In this document: one piece after another, positions 48,385 through 62,381 of the stretch | Numbering within the stretch: the first letter of the stretch is position 1 | Layout: each line of letters begins with the position of its first letter | Source of the DNA: Amphiscolops sp. MND2022 | Lineage: Eukaryota | Reading direction: 5' to 3' | Length of the DNA: 64,000 nt | Assembly: GCA_964187785.1 (NCBI GenBank) | Contig: OZ076415.1 | Location: 68,262,001-68,326,000, forward strand | The notes under the pieces: model-generated | Told to the model about the DNA's origin: nothing | The model's input: the letters and a program-made list of their open reading frames with translations, nothing else | Databases searched by the model: none | Program-made: the position numbers and the translations under genes

Positions 48385-51252
48385 ACTAGTTTTCGCATTT
48401 TTCTCATATCTGCAAAGGGAGCCCCCTTCAATTTTCTGACACTTTGCTACAGAATGGATGTTACAAATCCCAAAGGGTCGCCCCTTTCACATTTTTTGGC
48501 ACTATGAGATTGTTCAATATTCCTATTTTTGTCTGTATATAAGTTTTCTTAATACATATCCAATATTTTTTACCAATACAATCTGAATTTTTTGAAGAGC
48601 GGCGTTTTTTGGTAAAATGTGATTTTTTTTTCTAATTTGTTCTAACCAAAGCCCCCTTTCAATTTTTATAAGAAACTAAAAGTTTTGAAAGCATAGAGGA
48701 CTCCTTGGTGTTTTCGGCACTGTGCGACATACCGGTGACATTTTTTGAAACATTTTTGTGAACTTTTTGTGGGTTTCTTAGTCCAGGTTAGAATTCGAAG
48801 GTACAAACGCATCACATGATACAGATTTCTGATTGAGCGTCTATTTAAATCGTGAAGAGCACAATAATTATATAATTTTGTTCATAGAATTTTTTCTTCT
48901 TTCGAATGCGAATTTGCACATCAACGCTTCATCGAATTACAGCTGCTTGACGATCAGCACGCGACATGAAATTAAAATGGATTGACTTCAAGCGGACGTT
49001 AAGAGGAAGCAATCAAAAAATGTCTGGTGTATGTATCTGAGAGGTTCGGGCAAAATGCTGATGTACTTATCTCCCGACTTTTTGGCTAAGAGGGTCAATA
49101 TGACATGCATTGTGGCATTTAACGAATCATGTATCCCTTTGACTGCGTTACGTTTACACCGCAATTGTTACGTAAATCCAAAGTGCAACTTTTGTGTCAA
49201 AGCCTTTGCAAACATTTTACAGCTCATTTTGTGAAAGACAAAATGAAACAAAATAAGTTTTACGGGTTTGGTTTGTTGGTAATCATGATTTTGAATGACT
49301 CACGTCCATACTTGTTGCATGCTGGATAATTTTTCATGAAATCTGGAAAATTCAGGAAGCTTTTGGTGGTAAATGTAGTAGAATTACACTGCGTTTTCCA
49401 CTACTGCAATTAAATTTGAAAACATTCCCCACTTCCTTACAGGCACGATCACATTGTATTCACACTTTGATTTCTCAACTTCTCATCTGATGTAATCGCC
49501 GCTTCTCAAGGCTCAAGGAAAACACTGAAGATGACGCAGTTTACGTCATGAATGAAGTCAATTTTCATGGCTGTAAAACTGATAACATCTTCGTTGCATT
49601 TGAAAACAGAACTATTTCGTAAAGAAACCGACAAAACTTCAAGGCTTCCAAATGCCGCCACATTTAAGATGCTCTCGTCCAAGCAGCTCGATAAAAGTCG
49701 ATTACGATAGGCATATGAAAGTTTCTGTTCAATTTTCAGAGAATCATGAAAAAAGTTGTTGGCCACTTTAAAGAACATGCAGAAAGACTTAAACCTAAAA
49801 ATCACTGGTTTCGTTTTGAAGTTGCTATTATAGATAAAGCAATGAGATGTTGTTAAAAGTTGAACTTCTAATGTTATGTTCCCATTTTCACCTTCATGTC
49901 TCATTCTCGACATGTCATCAATGATTATGGCTTTTTATGACATTACATTCAAATCTTGGCTAATCATTCATAACATTCGATTCATGGCTCATCATCCATG
50001 GCCATTTTCGTTACATTTGAATCATGGCTAATCATCCAAGATGATGACCATGATACGAACCGATGATTCATCTATAAAGATTCATGACACAAAGCGACTC
50101 ATTTTAAAATCCATTAAAGTTAGTAAGTCTGTGATAATTCATGCATTCCACTAAAAACCAATCGGATAATTCGACTGGAACGAATTTTATTTGCGAAAAA
50201 GTTTCCTGCAAAATACGGGGAAAAACAAAATATAAAATCTACCAAGTTTTCGAATGATTCGAATTAAACTTGTTAAATCAGTTTCATAACGTTGTAATTA
50301 AATAAAACAAATTTTGGTACAATTTAACATAACGTGTTTCACTTTTGGACGTAGCAAATTTCCTTTTCTAGTGTTGTAAAAAACGAGAGTTTAGGCCTTT
50401 TCAACACTAAGGTCATGTGTTTTCATCCATGTCCATGTGATTGATAAGTGAGAGCAATGTGGTTGCGGATCTCACCGAACGAATCGATCCAAGTATTTAA
50501 AGGTTTCAGATAAATTTCTATAATGCTACATTAACACGCTTTGGGCTTGTTGCCACCAAAAATCCTGGATGAAGAACAAAAAATCCACCTCCATCAATGT
50601 ATTCAAGGGACCACTGATGGATTTTTAACAGAAAATGTTTTTAGTTTTTCTTTCAAGTGCAAAATCTGTTATTCAAACTTGCATGTAATGCTTGCAGCCT
50701 TCGACAATTTACGCCTGAATTAGCTTTGCTTCAAGTTGTTTTTTTTCCGGTTTCTGCATGGTTGGTGCCAAAAGGCGTCCTCAATGGTGCTCGGCAAAAA
50801 CAAGTCGGCACCCCGCTCAAGGTTCAAATTGAGTAGAGTGTTTGTGACAACTATTGTGAAGCATTTCAATTATCATACTGAATCAAAAACACCCGAAGCG
50901 GTACCCTTGAGACTCGAAAACAGCCTTTTTGTGTAATCTAGAAACATCAGGAAAACATTTTTGTTGGAAAAAATTCAAACGGGTACCCAGGAGACTTGAA
51001 AACTGATTTTTTTCTGATCTCGAAACATAAAAACCCCATTAAAAAAATTTTGTTTCCTGAAGTAAATGCCGAAAAACTAAAAAAAACATCTGTGGATTAC
51101 ACTGGAGTTGCGGGCTATCCTGGTTTTCGGGCTTGAGGGCTATCAAAGAGCTTGTTTGGGGCCCTCGATGTTTCCGCGGTTTTTACATCAAAATTATTGA
51201 TGGGCCAGGCACTATTGATGCCCGAAGGTATCATTGCACCATAGTCGAGGTG

Positions 51253-51905
51253 TTTTTAGTCGGCGCATTTTAGTAGAAAATGTGCCCGACTATTACAGTG
51301 GGTAGTTTTTTTTTAGACACGAAAGTTCCACTTTTCTTTCTGTGTCTTTTCTTTTTGTTCTTTGTTCAGTTCATTTCTTCAACAACTTGGCGAACCTAAG
51401 AAGCGCGTCCAAAACGAAAAAGAAAACAAAACAAACAGAACCTCGACAACACACTAACGATCTCCCCTAAGCCTCCCCTCCCACACTTTTTTCGGCACTA
51501 TGCGACTTTTTTTGAAACTTTTTAGATTGCACCAAAGGGTCCCCCCTTTATTTGTTTCGATATTTTAAAACACAATGGATGTCAGAAAATTCCAAAGGGT
51601 CCCCCCTTTTACATTTTTCGGCACTGTGACACTGTTCAAAAATCACATTTTAAAATTTATTCTGGGCAATTTTTTTCAGTCCTTAAAGGGTCCCCCCTTC
51701 AATTTTTTCTTATTTTGCAACCAGCTGGAGTTTCACAAAGCCCAAAGGGTCCCCCTTTTTACATTTTTCGACACTGTGACACTGTTCAATTCATTTTTTT
51801 TCATATTTTGCCACCAGCTGGAGTTTCACAAAACCCAAAGAGTCCCCCCCTTTTACAATTTTGAGCCTTAGATATAGCGCCGACTTTGGCCGTTCTCGGC
51901 TTGTT
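51253..51905 (-). repeat. Family X repeat copy (opposite orientation)
   Basis: Hairpin AGTCGGCGCATTTTAGTAGAAAATGTGCCCGACT, five CAAAGGGTCCCCCC-type units, then gagccttagatatagcgccgactttggccgttctcggcttgtt. Confidence 0.8.
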
Positions 51906-51909
51906 AACG

Positions 51910-52110
51910 TATGCAGACAGTCTCTTTCCCAATGGCTTGATATTAGAGCAGGACAGGGCAACACCCCACAGAACTGTGCGCATATATTCATGAATCTCAA
52001 CTTGCAAATACACAAGAAATTCAAGTTCGTTTGATAGAGTCAATTTCAAGACGTTTGGAAAGATGCCTACCTGCAGAAAACAGATTTATGGACAACTAAC
52101 TCATTTCGTT
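51910..52110 (+). pseudogene. Internally deleted Tc1-family transposase fragment
   Basis: LFPNGLILEQDRATPH (QDNA..H-like), then RLIESISRRLERCL..* (C-terminal SM.RRL motif). Confidence 0.65.
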
Positions 52111-52838
52111 TCATAACAGACTGAAAACCATTCCTTTCTTTATATCTTTTGTTAATATTCATACTTTTGTTGCTCCATAAAGTTTCCAATACCTACCGCC
52201 ACTTTTTTGGTCTGAGCTATAAAACAAGTCTGTGGTGGGGAGAACTGGAATGAGTCAGTTTAAAAGTGACATTTGTTTGATTGTGCTTAACGTATTGTTT
52301 TTTTCAAGGTCGGTCTCCTTTTGAATAGTGAAAAACTAAATCAACCAATTAGTTTGTATGCAATCTTAGAATGACCTTACATGACAAAAAAGACAGTGTT
52401 CTCATTGATAAAAGCTGGAGGGATAATAAATTTAGACATCTTCTTACAAACATAAGAACCTAATTACTCTAATTTTCCTCTTGTTTTGACAGATCTCATT
52501 GTACATGGAAGCAGCTGTGGTATCAACGATATTCTTATTTGAACGCTTTTTACAAAGTCCTAACGTATCTTATCTTTCATACAAAGTGAATATGAACAAA
52601 AATGAGCCATGAACAAAAATGAGCATCGAATATCATGATTGTTTGAGAAATAATAATTGCTACAGTTTTAGACACGGCAGACGTGAATTAGGTTGTTTTG
52701 CTTGTGGTATAAAAAGTTTATCAAACATTACCGACACAGTCCCAAGAGAAAGGTGCATCTGAAATGAGATTGCGAGACTTGTTAGGGGACTGAATGCAAA
52801 GTTCGGAATTGTCGGTTTGGGAGGACATCCCAGAATTG

Positions 52839-54854
52839 GCATAGAGACAACTCATGTCAAGCGACAACTCATATCAAATCGAGAAGGCGACACCTCATAT
52901 CAAGCGACAACTCATATCAATTGTGAAAAAGCGACAACTCACATCAATATTGAAGTGAAAAACAAACAAAATCTAATTAGGTTAAATAAAAACAACAAAT
53001 GCAGTTTAAAATTCAAAATTGTTCGCTAGACCTTCTAGCAATGGGAGTATGCGGTTGTTCTGATAATTGCTCAAGATGGTTTTGAGCCTTTCGTTGGATG
53101 TAGCATACTTTGCGTCTTTGCGCGGCTGTTCTCCAGCTTGTATACGAGCAATTTTCACTTCTGTCCAATTTTGGTCTTTCCTTAGAAACGACAGAAATTT
53201 GCCCAATGTAGGATGAGAATCCCATACCATGTTGAAATGCTCTGTGCCAACCTTCCACAGAGTTATTCGTCTTCTGGGATCCAGTCAAGGCTTTCTCATA
53301 CTAGTTCCATAATTGTAAATCAAACAAAGGCTTGGTTCGCCGTCCCAACCTCCCAGTTGCTCCCAGCCAGGTGTTCTCGTAATACTCGAAGAACGGCATT
53401 TAAGGGGTATCAGGCGGTAACGTTTCCAGAATTTTACAAAAAGCGCGATGAACATCCTCGGATGAGATCAAAGCGAGAGCCACAGCATATTTCACTACAT
53501 TTCTGATCTCGGCATTCTCCTTGTGAAGGCCGGCAAGTCCTAGATCTAGAATCTTCCTCCAATTCTTCCAAATTGCTTGTGCAAAAATGAAAGAAGCATC
53601 TTTTAACTTCTGTTGTGGGGAAACGTTTCGGAAAGAATTATTTGCGGCCAGCTCGAAATCTGTTATTACTCTCCTTGGGGATAAATCCGGATTAAGTTCT
53701 TTGAGTACTGTGAACGCCTTTTAATATTAAGCTGCGCTCTTACATGTCAGCAACATGAAACCTAAGGACACTGTGTGTTCATTGTAAACAGCATGCACGG
53801 AGTATATCTGATAGAAAAGTTTGTGGGAAACTTTGAATGTTCTATCAGCATGCAATTCCTGCCTTGTCACCAGAATGCCAAGATTGGTCTATGTGGCAAA
53901 AATTAACACCCTATCTTCTTCAGCAGGGCCAGAGTCGTAAGCGAGAAATTGATCACCTTTCTCTGTGACTTGTAGTTCTACCGGAAATGCAATGTTAGAT
54001 TCAATGTTAAAAGGGTTTAAGGTTTCCCCGTTGCGCTGCCGTTCGATAACTCTCACCATTGATCAGTATGAAGGCCAAACTACTGTCAATTGCTGATGTC
54101 GGTGCTTGTATAATTGCACGTGGGGCTCTGAACTAACTTGTGCTCGATCTTTGATTTCTTTTTTGACTCTAAAAAAACATAAAGATAAAAACGCATGCTC
54201 AGACAAAATTGCCCGGCAAACTGTTTTTATATCCCTCGTCTGAAACTTTCAGGAAGTGTTGTTTGAAAATTCAATTGAACCCGAAATTTTTTAATTTCTC
54301 ATTGAAAACCCTCAAACACCTAACTGACAAAAGCACGTAGAAAATTTTCCGTTCTCAGTCATTTTAAAGTATTTCTGAAACTTAAAATAGCACGTTAAAA
54401 ATTACTTCATCTCTTTCGTTCTTTTTGGTACTACGGTATGAGTATGACTTGTTTTAACAATGACGTTAGCGCTAGTTCCGTCAGTCAATTCAACACTTTT
54501 GAACTGGAATGGCTTCAGAAAAATGGCGCAGGGACTATATATACACCTTGCCAATTTTCTACCTTTTCGCGCAATCACCACTTCCGGATATTCATAGAGG
54601 TTAGTTAATTCAACGTGTTTTTGGTGTAATAGTGTTAGTAGCTACTAATGTGTGATCAAATTGACTTAGACGCTCTTTGAGCGATGAGTTAATTGATTGC
54701 AAATTAGCATCAGTTAGCACCTGATACCTGATATGAGTTTTCGATTTCAAAACATGATATGAGTGGTCGCTTGATATGAGTTGACGCTTTTTCAAATTGA
54801 TATGAGTTGTCGCTTGATATGAGTTGGCGCTTGATATGAGATGTCGCGGTACGC
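52839..54854 (-). mobile_element. Mutator (MULE) element with tandem-repeat TIRs and decayed transposase
   Basis: Inverted arrays of AAGCGACAACTCATATC. 9-bp TSD CCAGAATTG / CCGGAATTG (52830-52838 and 54855-54863). Minus-strand motifs HADRTFK, LFYQIYSVH, ITDFELA, FFEYYENTW, KTNNSVEGWHRAF, with stops and frameshifts. Confidence 0.92.
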
Positions 54855-55220
54855 CCGGAATTGAATCTGAATTTTACGGCGTGCTAATTCGAAAGTGGCT
54901 CAGTCAATAAGAATGCGAGATTTACAATTTAGAAATTTCAGGTACGACATACCAGGCTCTGAAAGTAGATAATGCTTTGCTTGATTGCTTCCTTTGTCTA
55001 GATTGCTTAATTTTTTACATGCTGCATGTAAACATGCAGGCTAGTTTTATAGAAAACATGGAAAATTCCGGGAGCCTGCATGGAAACATTTTGTGGGATT
55101 ACAACGCAGCCTTCACTATTTGATATAAAACACTTCCACTTCTTCACCGCCGCGGTCACTTTGTTTTCACGCGTAAGTCTCAAGTAGGTACATTATGTAA
55201 TGGGAGCGGCTCACTATGCA

Positions 55221-55546
55221 GACGGTCACTAAGCCGACCAAACAAATTCATTTTCAGTGCGTGACTAAATTCATTCTGAACGCGCGAATAAATTCGTTCT
55301 CAAATTTGATTGGTTAAAATTATAAGCGAATAATAGTACATGTAAACGAAATAGCGCCACTCTAACATCAACGATAACGTAGTCATTTTTGGTCGCATAC
55401 GTCTAGTGCCCTAAATGCACGGCCGTGCCTTAATGTTGCTACTTGGCGAAGGGAGCGAAGCGAACGAGCCATTAAACCGATATGCCAACCTCTTCAAAGA
55501 AATCACTTTATTTATTGGATTTATTTAGCCGGCTTAGTGAACCGTC
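55221..55546. mobile_element. Possible small inverted-repeat element
   Basis: GACGGTCACTAAGCCG on the left; reverse complement GACGGTTCACTAAGCCG on the right. Confidence 0.4.
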
Positions 55547-58500
55547 GGCACTGTTCACCGCCCCTTATGTAATCACCGTTAGTCAAATAGCACGCTGAAT
55601 TTGACGCTACTTTGAAACTTATAATGTGAGTGTGGTTTATTTGCATTGAAAGCGTGGTAAAATTGCTGAAGGTCTCAGTTACTTTCAAAATTAGAGCGGC
55701 GTCCTAATGAAACCTGCAAAACTTTGCGGCGCAGAATTCAGGGTGCATCTTATATGCAGCTTCACAAAATTAAATTGAATCAGTGAAATTTTAATGCATG
55801 GAAGTTTCCTTGAGTATTGTATGAAATCATGGAGTATTAGCTTAGTAACCTTCAAAAGCCTGTAAAAAGTTCAAGCAGTTCCAACAACGGTTGAAATAAA
55901 CCAAATGACATTGATTGGATGTATTTGATAGAAAATCTATTGTTACAATCATGAAAAGTGCTGGAATTTGTCGAAGTGTCCAATTTTAGCTAAAATGAAG
56001 TATGTTGTGTAGTCGAGACATCTTCCTAGATGAAATAATTGTTTTGTTGGTATAAAAAAGTATGAATATATTTCTGCAAGAGTAGTTAGTATATGCTGAA
56101 TATAAGCTATTTTAATTTGAACTGCTGTCTTGTGAACTAAATGCATGATGATATTCGTTGTAAAGTGTAAAAACATATTTGTACTAATTATATTTAATGA
56201 TCTGACATTTCCCAATTTGTACGTTTTCTTCTTTCGCGTCAGTTAGCCACGTTGATGATCGTCGGTGCCAACTTTGGTATCAGCATCGCTAAGAGGAAGG
56301 AAATGAAAAGAAATAGACTCAGAATTGAAATCCAGGTCGGAAGTTGAAATTCACTTTTCTGGGGATGAGATCTGGAGTCATTGAGCGCATTCTTTTGAAA
56401 CTCGCTTGATTTACTGTTAATTTTACCGTTAATCGCGCGATTTACTGTTGATTAGGAAACTTTCGAAAGTTAAAATGAAGCTTTTTTTCCGAAAATGCCT
56501 GAGACAAAAACGTAAGAAAGCGACTCATCTCAAAGTACCAGTGAAGTGACAGGTAGTCGTCGGTTTTGGAGTCGAAATTTCTTTTCCTACTGAGAATTAT
56601 TTTGGGGTTTTCAAGGAAAAGATCAGAAGTGAGTCTCAAGATCCTGAAAGACACAGAGATCAACTAAAGAGATCTTTGAACTATTAGCAAATCTGTTCTC
56701 AAAAATCGACAGTCTCTGATCTTTGTTGTTCATCAACTGGGAGATTAACTAACCACCATTGAAAACACCAACTCAAGCACAGACACTGAGGCTGACAGAA
56801 CTGTGAATGCAGCCCTGCATGAAAGTTGCAACAATTTAATCACAGATCACAGTTTTAGGAATATTCCAAACCAAAACTTGCATGAAATGAGCTCTTTTCA
56901 AACATATTTATTCCAACATGAAGTTTCAAAATTAGAAATCAAGCAAATTAAAGAACTTTTTTCAAGAATTTACTCTTTTTGCTGAGGATGAACAAAAATG
57001 TTTTTGTTTTTTGCTGTCTTTAGACAAACTTTTCGAAATTACTGTTCTAGACATGGGCCGTGCTTTGAAGACATGAATGTGTACATGATCATTCACGGAA
57101 ACACATTGCACTTTAGTGTGCTGGCAAATACAAAGAAATTCAGACAAATGCCAAAGCTATAGTATACGAATCAGTTTTTGAGAAAAAATAAAGTATAAAA
57201 GATGTGTAATAGAGCATCAGTTGCTAGAATTTTGATAGCGATGCAAGCAAACTTTTTCAAAACATGGGTTCAATATTACTTGAACTTCCCTCGATAAAAA
57301 GAAGTTGTACCATAAATGCTAGCGTAAAATTCGTAGCACGAACTCAATAAGTTGGAAAACTTTGTGAATGTTAGATCAAAAGTGACATATACAAGTCACT
57401 GTTTTGTGTGCAAGACATTAAGTGTGAACATCAAGAATTTTCCACACAGTTCTAGGAAAAACGACTGCTTTTAAGTAGCAGATTTTGCTTTGAAATAAAA
57501 TTTCCTTGGAACTTAATTGGGAAAAGGAGTGAACAAACAAACACAAGTGGAGTTGGGGTAAAATTTCGACATGCGATCCGCAGTGGAGCCTTGCTCAAAG
57601 CCCTCAATTTAATTGCTTCTTTTTTACCTTCCTTTTTTTCTTTTTTTTTCTGGCTGAACTGTTTTGCAACCTTGCAGGGTGTATGCATAATACATGTAAC
57701 ATGACTGTTACATGAAAAATTGTCTAAGAACCATCGAGGCGAAGTAGTTTTTACCTGAAGGCTTTGGACTTACTAAAAAAAGAGGCAAGAATTGTTTTTA
57801 GCTCAATGTGTGTAACATGCATCAAGGTTGACTCCCTTTTTATCCGGCCTTTTTGACCATGATCGAACAACTTTTTTTTCAGGCTGGTTCAAGTCATGTT
57901 TTCCCTAGCGGGCGGTTTCACTCAACACCTTGTACTAGATCACCTACGGGAGAAAGAAAGTAAAGGGGTGGGGTTATTAATTTTCCAGCAAATAAACAAG
58001 CAAATAAACAACGTTTTTCATGTTCTTGAATGCATCAAAGGCATTCCGTTGAAAAAACAAAGTCCATGGTCTATGACTAAAGGTGAAACATTTTATGAAA
58101 TTTATGGCGCTATAAGGCCTTTCTCGACGAGCTCCAAAAAAGATGACGGACGTTGAAAAGTATCTAAAAAACTCCTAATATTATTTTCAGCTGGTATCAA
58201 ATAAAACGCTGACAGATTCTGTGAAATAAAAACTTTTTAATCAGCAACGGTTTTAATCGTGGATAAGGTTCAAACATTAATCTGGGCATTTCCTGGAAAA
58301 TGACCCCACCAATGTATTACAATGCGCCACAATATGTCTTGAGAAAATTTGCACGAGAAAATCAGGGCAAGTAAGATTCGTGAAATCATATGGTATCAGA
58401 TCAAAGGAATAATGAAAAAGTGTATGTTCGATTGCAAAGTAAGCATTATGAAGTCTGCAAAAACGCCCTTTGACTTTAACGCTTTTAGGAAATAGCGAAA

Positions 58501-58619
58501 ACATCTTGAATACCTTTATAGAACCCTTTACTTTTTTCTACTCTTTAATCTCTACCATTCAGAGTTTTCCCAAGCATGACGTCAGCGCTATTCGAAGGGG
58601 GGCGGGGGATTGAAAATGT

Positions 58620-58720
58620 GTGAAGGAATCTGCAACTATAGACCACAAAATTCTGTATTGGTGCTCCCTTGCACAAAATTGAACAAGTAAACATTGGCAC
58701 GGTTCACAACTAACTTTATC
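58620..58720 (+). pseudogene. Possible highly decayed LINE RT remnant
   Basis: Single motif SATIDHKIL resembles AFDTIDHKIL. Weak support. Confidence 0.3.
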
Positions 58721-59046
58721 TACAAGCCACCTTGATAAATGAGCTTCAATTTTTTGCAAGTTTCTTTGATGTTGTCAATGCAAGGGGTATTCATAGCACA
58801 GAATTTTGCGATATAAAATGCAAAATGACGAAATCAATGAAGATTTGCGTAATTAGTTTAGAAATCGATGAAATAACTGGCAGTAACCCGGCTATGATTA
58901 CATTATAAAAAGATAAACTGAGGATAAAACATACAAATTCGTCGATACCTGTTGCTTGTTTGTTCCATTACGGCCCTGTTGAAACTACCGAGAAGAATAT
59001 TTATCTTCGATGATAAGATGATTTTTTACTCGGCGGCAGAATTTAA

Positions 59047-59531
59047 TGTTTCTCACTGAAGTTCTTTTCCCTATGCTTTGAAAAACATCACACTTTTTCA
59101 AAATACATAGATTATGAAAGTTTGTAAAAATTGGGTACATTTCTGTTTCTCACTGAAGTTCTTTTCGCTATGCTTTGAAAAACATCACACTTTTTCAAAA
59201 TACATAGATTATGAAAGTTTGTAAAAATTGGGTACATTTCTGTTTCTCACTGAAGTTCTTTTCGCTATGCTTTGAAAAACATCACACTTTTTCAAAATAC
59301 ATAGATTATGAAAGTTTGTAAAAATTGGGTACATTTCTGTTTCTCACTGAAGTTCTTTTCGCTATGCTTTGAAAAACATCACACTTTTTCAAAATACATA
59401 GATTATGAAAGTTTGTAAAAATTGGGTACATTTCTGTTTCTCACTGAAGTTCTTTTCGCTATGCTTTGAAAAACATCACACTTTTTCAAAATACATAGAT
59501 TATGAAAGTTTGTAAAAATTGGGTACATTTC
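59047..59531. repeat. Five tandem copies of a 97-bp unit
   Basis: Units start at 59047, 59144, 59241, 59338 and 59435. The only difference seen is one substitution in copy 1. Confidence 0.98.
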
Positions 59532-59581
59532 AGTTACAAAAATATGTTAGAATTGGACTTTTTCACGTCCGAATTTTAGAT

Positions 59582-60058
59582 CGTTCATTTCACCCCATAT
59601 CATTTCACCCCACATTCATTTCACACCATATTGTAATTATGCAAAAGCGTCTCACCTTAATTAACCAATTAACGAGTAAACTTTGATGCCTACTATTTTT
59701 GGGTTAGCTTTGATTTGATTGTCAGTTTCTGAACGTAGGAAAATGGAATAGGAAATTTTTTGAAGATTCACTGCATCCATAATTGAAGATTTTCATTGAA
59801 AGAGAAACATGATTTTTCAGCGCCTTGTTCAGAAGTATTACCATTCCAAGATGTGAAAATTTTAGGTTCCGCCGATTTTGTGGTTTAATTAGCAAGCATT
59901 GTTTGCTTATCTAATTTGGTAGTTCAAGACGTTTTTATTTTAGCACTAAGATTGAAATTGGGTGGCAATAGTCATTAATCTGAGACGCATTTGATAATTT
60001 AAATGTGGGGTGGAATGAACGTGGGGTGAAATGAACGTGGGGTGAAATGATACTAACC
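59582..60058. mobile_element. Foldback MITE (Mutator-like) with 16-bp tandem-repeat arms
   Basis: CATTTCACCCCA units on the left, GTGGGGTGAAATGAAC units on the right ending TACTAACC. Flanked by TTTTAGAT (59574-59581 and 60059-60066). Confidence 0.8.
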
Positions 60059-61014
60059 TTTTAGATGCCCGGATTACCAAAGAACTAAAAAACAAAAAAA
60101 ATGATTAGCTTGTGTGTCGTTCGCAATGATGTTTTCTGTGTATGATACAGCTATTATAGGAAGCATTCATGAGAAATCGGTTTGAACATATGAACATATG
60201 AAAGTATTTCCTTTCTCATACCTTCGACCCGTTGAAAAATCTAAAGTTTCAATTCATGAATTCTTCTAAAATTACAGTCTCTTTTCTTGCGCCCTCTCCA
60301 ACAATCAAACTTTTCAAAGAAAAACTCACATTAAAGTTTCAAACTATTTGCGAATTATACAACTTGAAGCAAATATTAGGGTTGAACACGAAGTTACGAA
60401 TCTGCAGAATTACGATGATTCTTAGCCCGCGTCAGGTATAAACACTTCGCACTTTGTACTTTACACCTCATTCACCCTCGTGCCCTTCCAAGAGGTGAAA
60501 CCAAAGTCAGGGAAACTTCGTCAAGGCTATAACTTTCTGTTTTATCACATTTTTAGTCAAGAAGTGAGTCTCAAGTTCCTGTCTGAGTTTCAATTACAAG
60601 TCAAGTCCCTTTCTTTTCAATATCCGCCTTTTTGTGACGCTGAAACCAAAAGTGTCACTGAAATACATGAAACTAGTTAATTGACGCGGGAAAGCAAAAA
60701 CACAAAGAAGCTAAAAAGCTTCAAAAAAATCATAACAAATCAAATAAAGAATATTATTCTTGATAGAGCACTTTCAATTGAATTATTCCAATATTTTTTG
60801 CACCGAACGGTTTCCTCTGGGGCTTGAATACGTTTCAGGGGGAAAGGAAATGCACTGCAAATTGCGAGAATCCCTTTCCGTACAGTGATCAGAGTATAAA
60901 TCATGGGACTTAATTATTATTTTCTGCCCACTTATAATGGGGGAAGAAAATCATATTCGGTGTTGCGTTTTTTTGCCTCCAAATTCTGCCAAACCTTCAC
61001 GATCTCCATCCACT

Positions 61015-61100
61015 TCAATTGACTATTTTAGGTACTTGACTACTTTAGTTACTTGTCTATTTTAGTTACTCAACTATTTCAGTTACTTGTTACTCCATTG
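61015..61100. repeat. Short degenerate ~20-bp tandem repeat
   Basis: gactattttaggtactt / gactactttagttactt / gtctatttttagttact / caactatttcagttactt. Confidence 0.6.
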
Positions 61101-61111
61101 AGTAAATTTTA

Positions 61112-61183
61112 GCAGCTATGACGCAGTTTGAAGTGCGTCTGCCTGACAGACACGAGGTCGTGGGTTCGAACCAGTGCTGATGC
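61112..61183 (+). pseudogene. tRNA-like sequence (pseudogene or SINE head)
   Basis: GCAGCTATGACGCAGTTTG (A-box-like), loop CTGACAG, GAGGTCGTGGGTTCGAACC (B-box). Acceptor and T stems do not pair well, so not called a functional tRNA. Confidence 0.6.
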
Positions 61184-62381
61184 GTTACATTTTTAGCGAA
61201 AATTATTCCGGTGCTTAGCGGACGTCTTGTTGTGAATGTACTGTGACTGAAGCTAGATAACGAAACTTCATTATTAGGAGCCGGAATAGTACTTTATAGC
61301 ACTGACATCACTCATAGCATTTTTGTAACATATATGCAAAGCAACAGTGTGTTCACGTGCTTTACCTACTATTTTTCAGTTCCGAATCAACACCAAACGA
61401 TGTAGGTTGTCTGTGGTGCGTTGATTAAGATAAAGACGGAAGAAAGTTTGTGCTGACAAGCAAGCAGCAAGCTCGGTGATTCGTCGATAGTCAGCATGTC
61501 AGCCCAGCTGCTTGAAAAACGAGTGTGTGTCAATATCATTTCGCTGTTTGTTTGATTTGCATTTCTGATTACTAGACACAGGAATTTTATGGATTAATAA
61601 GTGCCTGAATATGTCATATTAAATGCATTTAAGATACCTCAAATATGCGGAAAAATATGCGTTTATGCGGACATAAATTTCAACTAGAAGTCGTCACTAC
61701 AAAAACAAAACATCATTTTTGACAAATTAGACTCGGTTAAGTTTGTTCTTCGGTCAGTCAATACTCCAGCGGAAAACTTCCTGCCACAGCCAAATCTTGA
61801 ACACCCCAATTTAATAATCGTTCAGTTTTTTTCGACGTATTTCTTTAAAATCAGCAGGCCTTCGTTTTTTTCCATCAAACTTCTGAATTTTGCGACATCT
61901 ACCGGGTCACCCGTCTTTTCCTCTACATTTCGTCGTAGCATATTAATAACTTGAATTGCTGGTTGCTTTTTCTCCGATTTTACCGATAGCCTCCAAAACA
62001 ACTGCAAAATTCTTGTTGATTCCATAAGTTTGTCTGATGGTAGTGGGATTTTCCAACCCGGCCTTTGCCAAGGGTATCGCCGAATTTTAGTCGTTTCCGA
62101 AGCATTTAATGACATCAAACAATGGTTCAAGTCTGGTAATTTACTAGTTTTAATATTGAAAATCAATACATGGCAAGCCTGGTTTCAAGGCAGTAGGTTT
62201 CACAACAATACGATCCCAACAATATAAACAGCCGTATTCCTGAGAAAAAGACGCAATTATGTGCTTTTATGTGGTCAGTCAACTAAATATGTGAACACAT
62301 ATGTGGCCACATGATTGGATGCGAAAATGAGATTGCATATTAAATATGTGAACACATATTATTCCTGTCTCTACTGATAAC

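Noticed and set aside
61112-61183. Functional tRNA gene
   Set aside because: Acceptor and T stems cannot be paired properly; kept only as tRNA-like.
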